Shown here piece after piece: positions 63,819 to 64,000 of a stretch of DNA of 64,000 nt. Origin of the DNA: Vicinamibacterales bacterium. GTDB lineage: Bacteria > Acidobacteriota > Vicinamibacteria > Vicinamibacterales > SCN-69-37. The position numbers were made by a program, and so were the translations under genes. The stretch is from NCBI GenBank assembly GCA_046594875.1, contig JBKJQX010000145.1:7849-71848 (forward strand). Reading direction: 5' to 3'. Within the stretch, counting starts at the first letter, position 1, and each line of letters starts with the position of its first letter. The notes below the pieces were generated by a model. That model had not been told where the DNA came from. It did no database searches and was given only the letters and a program-made list of their open reading frames with translations.

Positions 63819-64000
63819 TTGGTGGACTATCGGCAGTCCGGCGTGGATATCGATGCGGGGAATGAAGTGGTGCGCCGCATCAAACAGATGGCCCGCAAGA
63901 CCTACACGCCCGGTGTGCTCTCGGGCGTCGGGTCGTTCGGCGGGTTGTTCGCGCTCGACGGGTCAGTGCCCGAACCGGTGCTGGTGGCATCGGCCGACGG
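63819..64000 (+). CDS. purM: Phosphoribosylformylglycinamidine cyclo-ligase (AIR synthetase), 5' end only
   Basis: Hand translation from TTG 63819 or GTG 63822: (L)VDYRQSGVDIDAGNEVVRRIKQMARKTYTPGVLSGVGSFGGLFALDGSVPEPVLVASADG. This matches the conserved PurM N-terminus (Y..AGVDIDAGN...GGF..L....EPVLV...DG). It runs off the right edge. Confidence 0.85.
   Translation, partial: MVDYRQSGVDIDAGNEVVRRIKQMARKTYTPGVLSGVGSFGGLFALDGSVPEPVLVASAD

Overview
High-GC (about 65-70% by eye) chromosomal window. The gene content looks like Acidobacteriota: a PadR regulator with a duplicated FtsX-type orphan permease, an acidobacterial-type VWA protein, CarboxypepD_reg-rich secreted proteins, and Ser/Thr kinases fused to TolB-like propellers. 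Most of the window is housekeeping: scattered purine genes (purL, purD, purE, purB, purF, 5' end of purM), eno-gpmA, acs, the methylmalonyl-CoA mutase large subunit, inositol-3-phosphate synthase, rpsU, rlmN, selO, and a sensor kinase with a sigma-54 response regulator. Four parts deserve a second look. (1) 1.2-3.4 kb is a decayed mosaic of gene fragments bracketed by a perfect 27-bp direct repeat, and it carries a nucleotidyltransferase-fold gene plus a small acidic ORF. (2) 10.6-13.4 kb is an accessory pocket with an AbiEi/AbiEii pair, an attached membrane-protein gene, and a DUF5674-like overlapping two-gene module. (3) 44-54.7 kb is a tightly packed envelope-glycan locus. It holds a UbiA/DPPR-synthase-like prenyltransferase, a coiled-coil poly-Arg protein, four GT4 paralogs in A-B-B-A order and a PLP decarboxylase, and it converges on a GT-C/GT2 pair. 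(4) Several non-coding structures stand out: a 52-nt-arm near-perfect inverted repeat filling a divergent promoter region, a shared hairpin repeat family at three convergent gene junctions, and a GATTNCN heptamer array abutting the purE start. I found no rRNA, tRNA, CRISPR array, transposase or integrase. All functional calls come from reading motifs in the translations, and no database search was run. Two edge-truncated genes (kinase at 1-678, purM at 63819-64000) are absent from the ORF track and were translated by hand.
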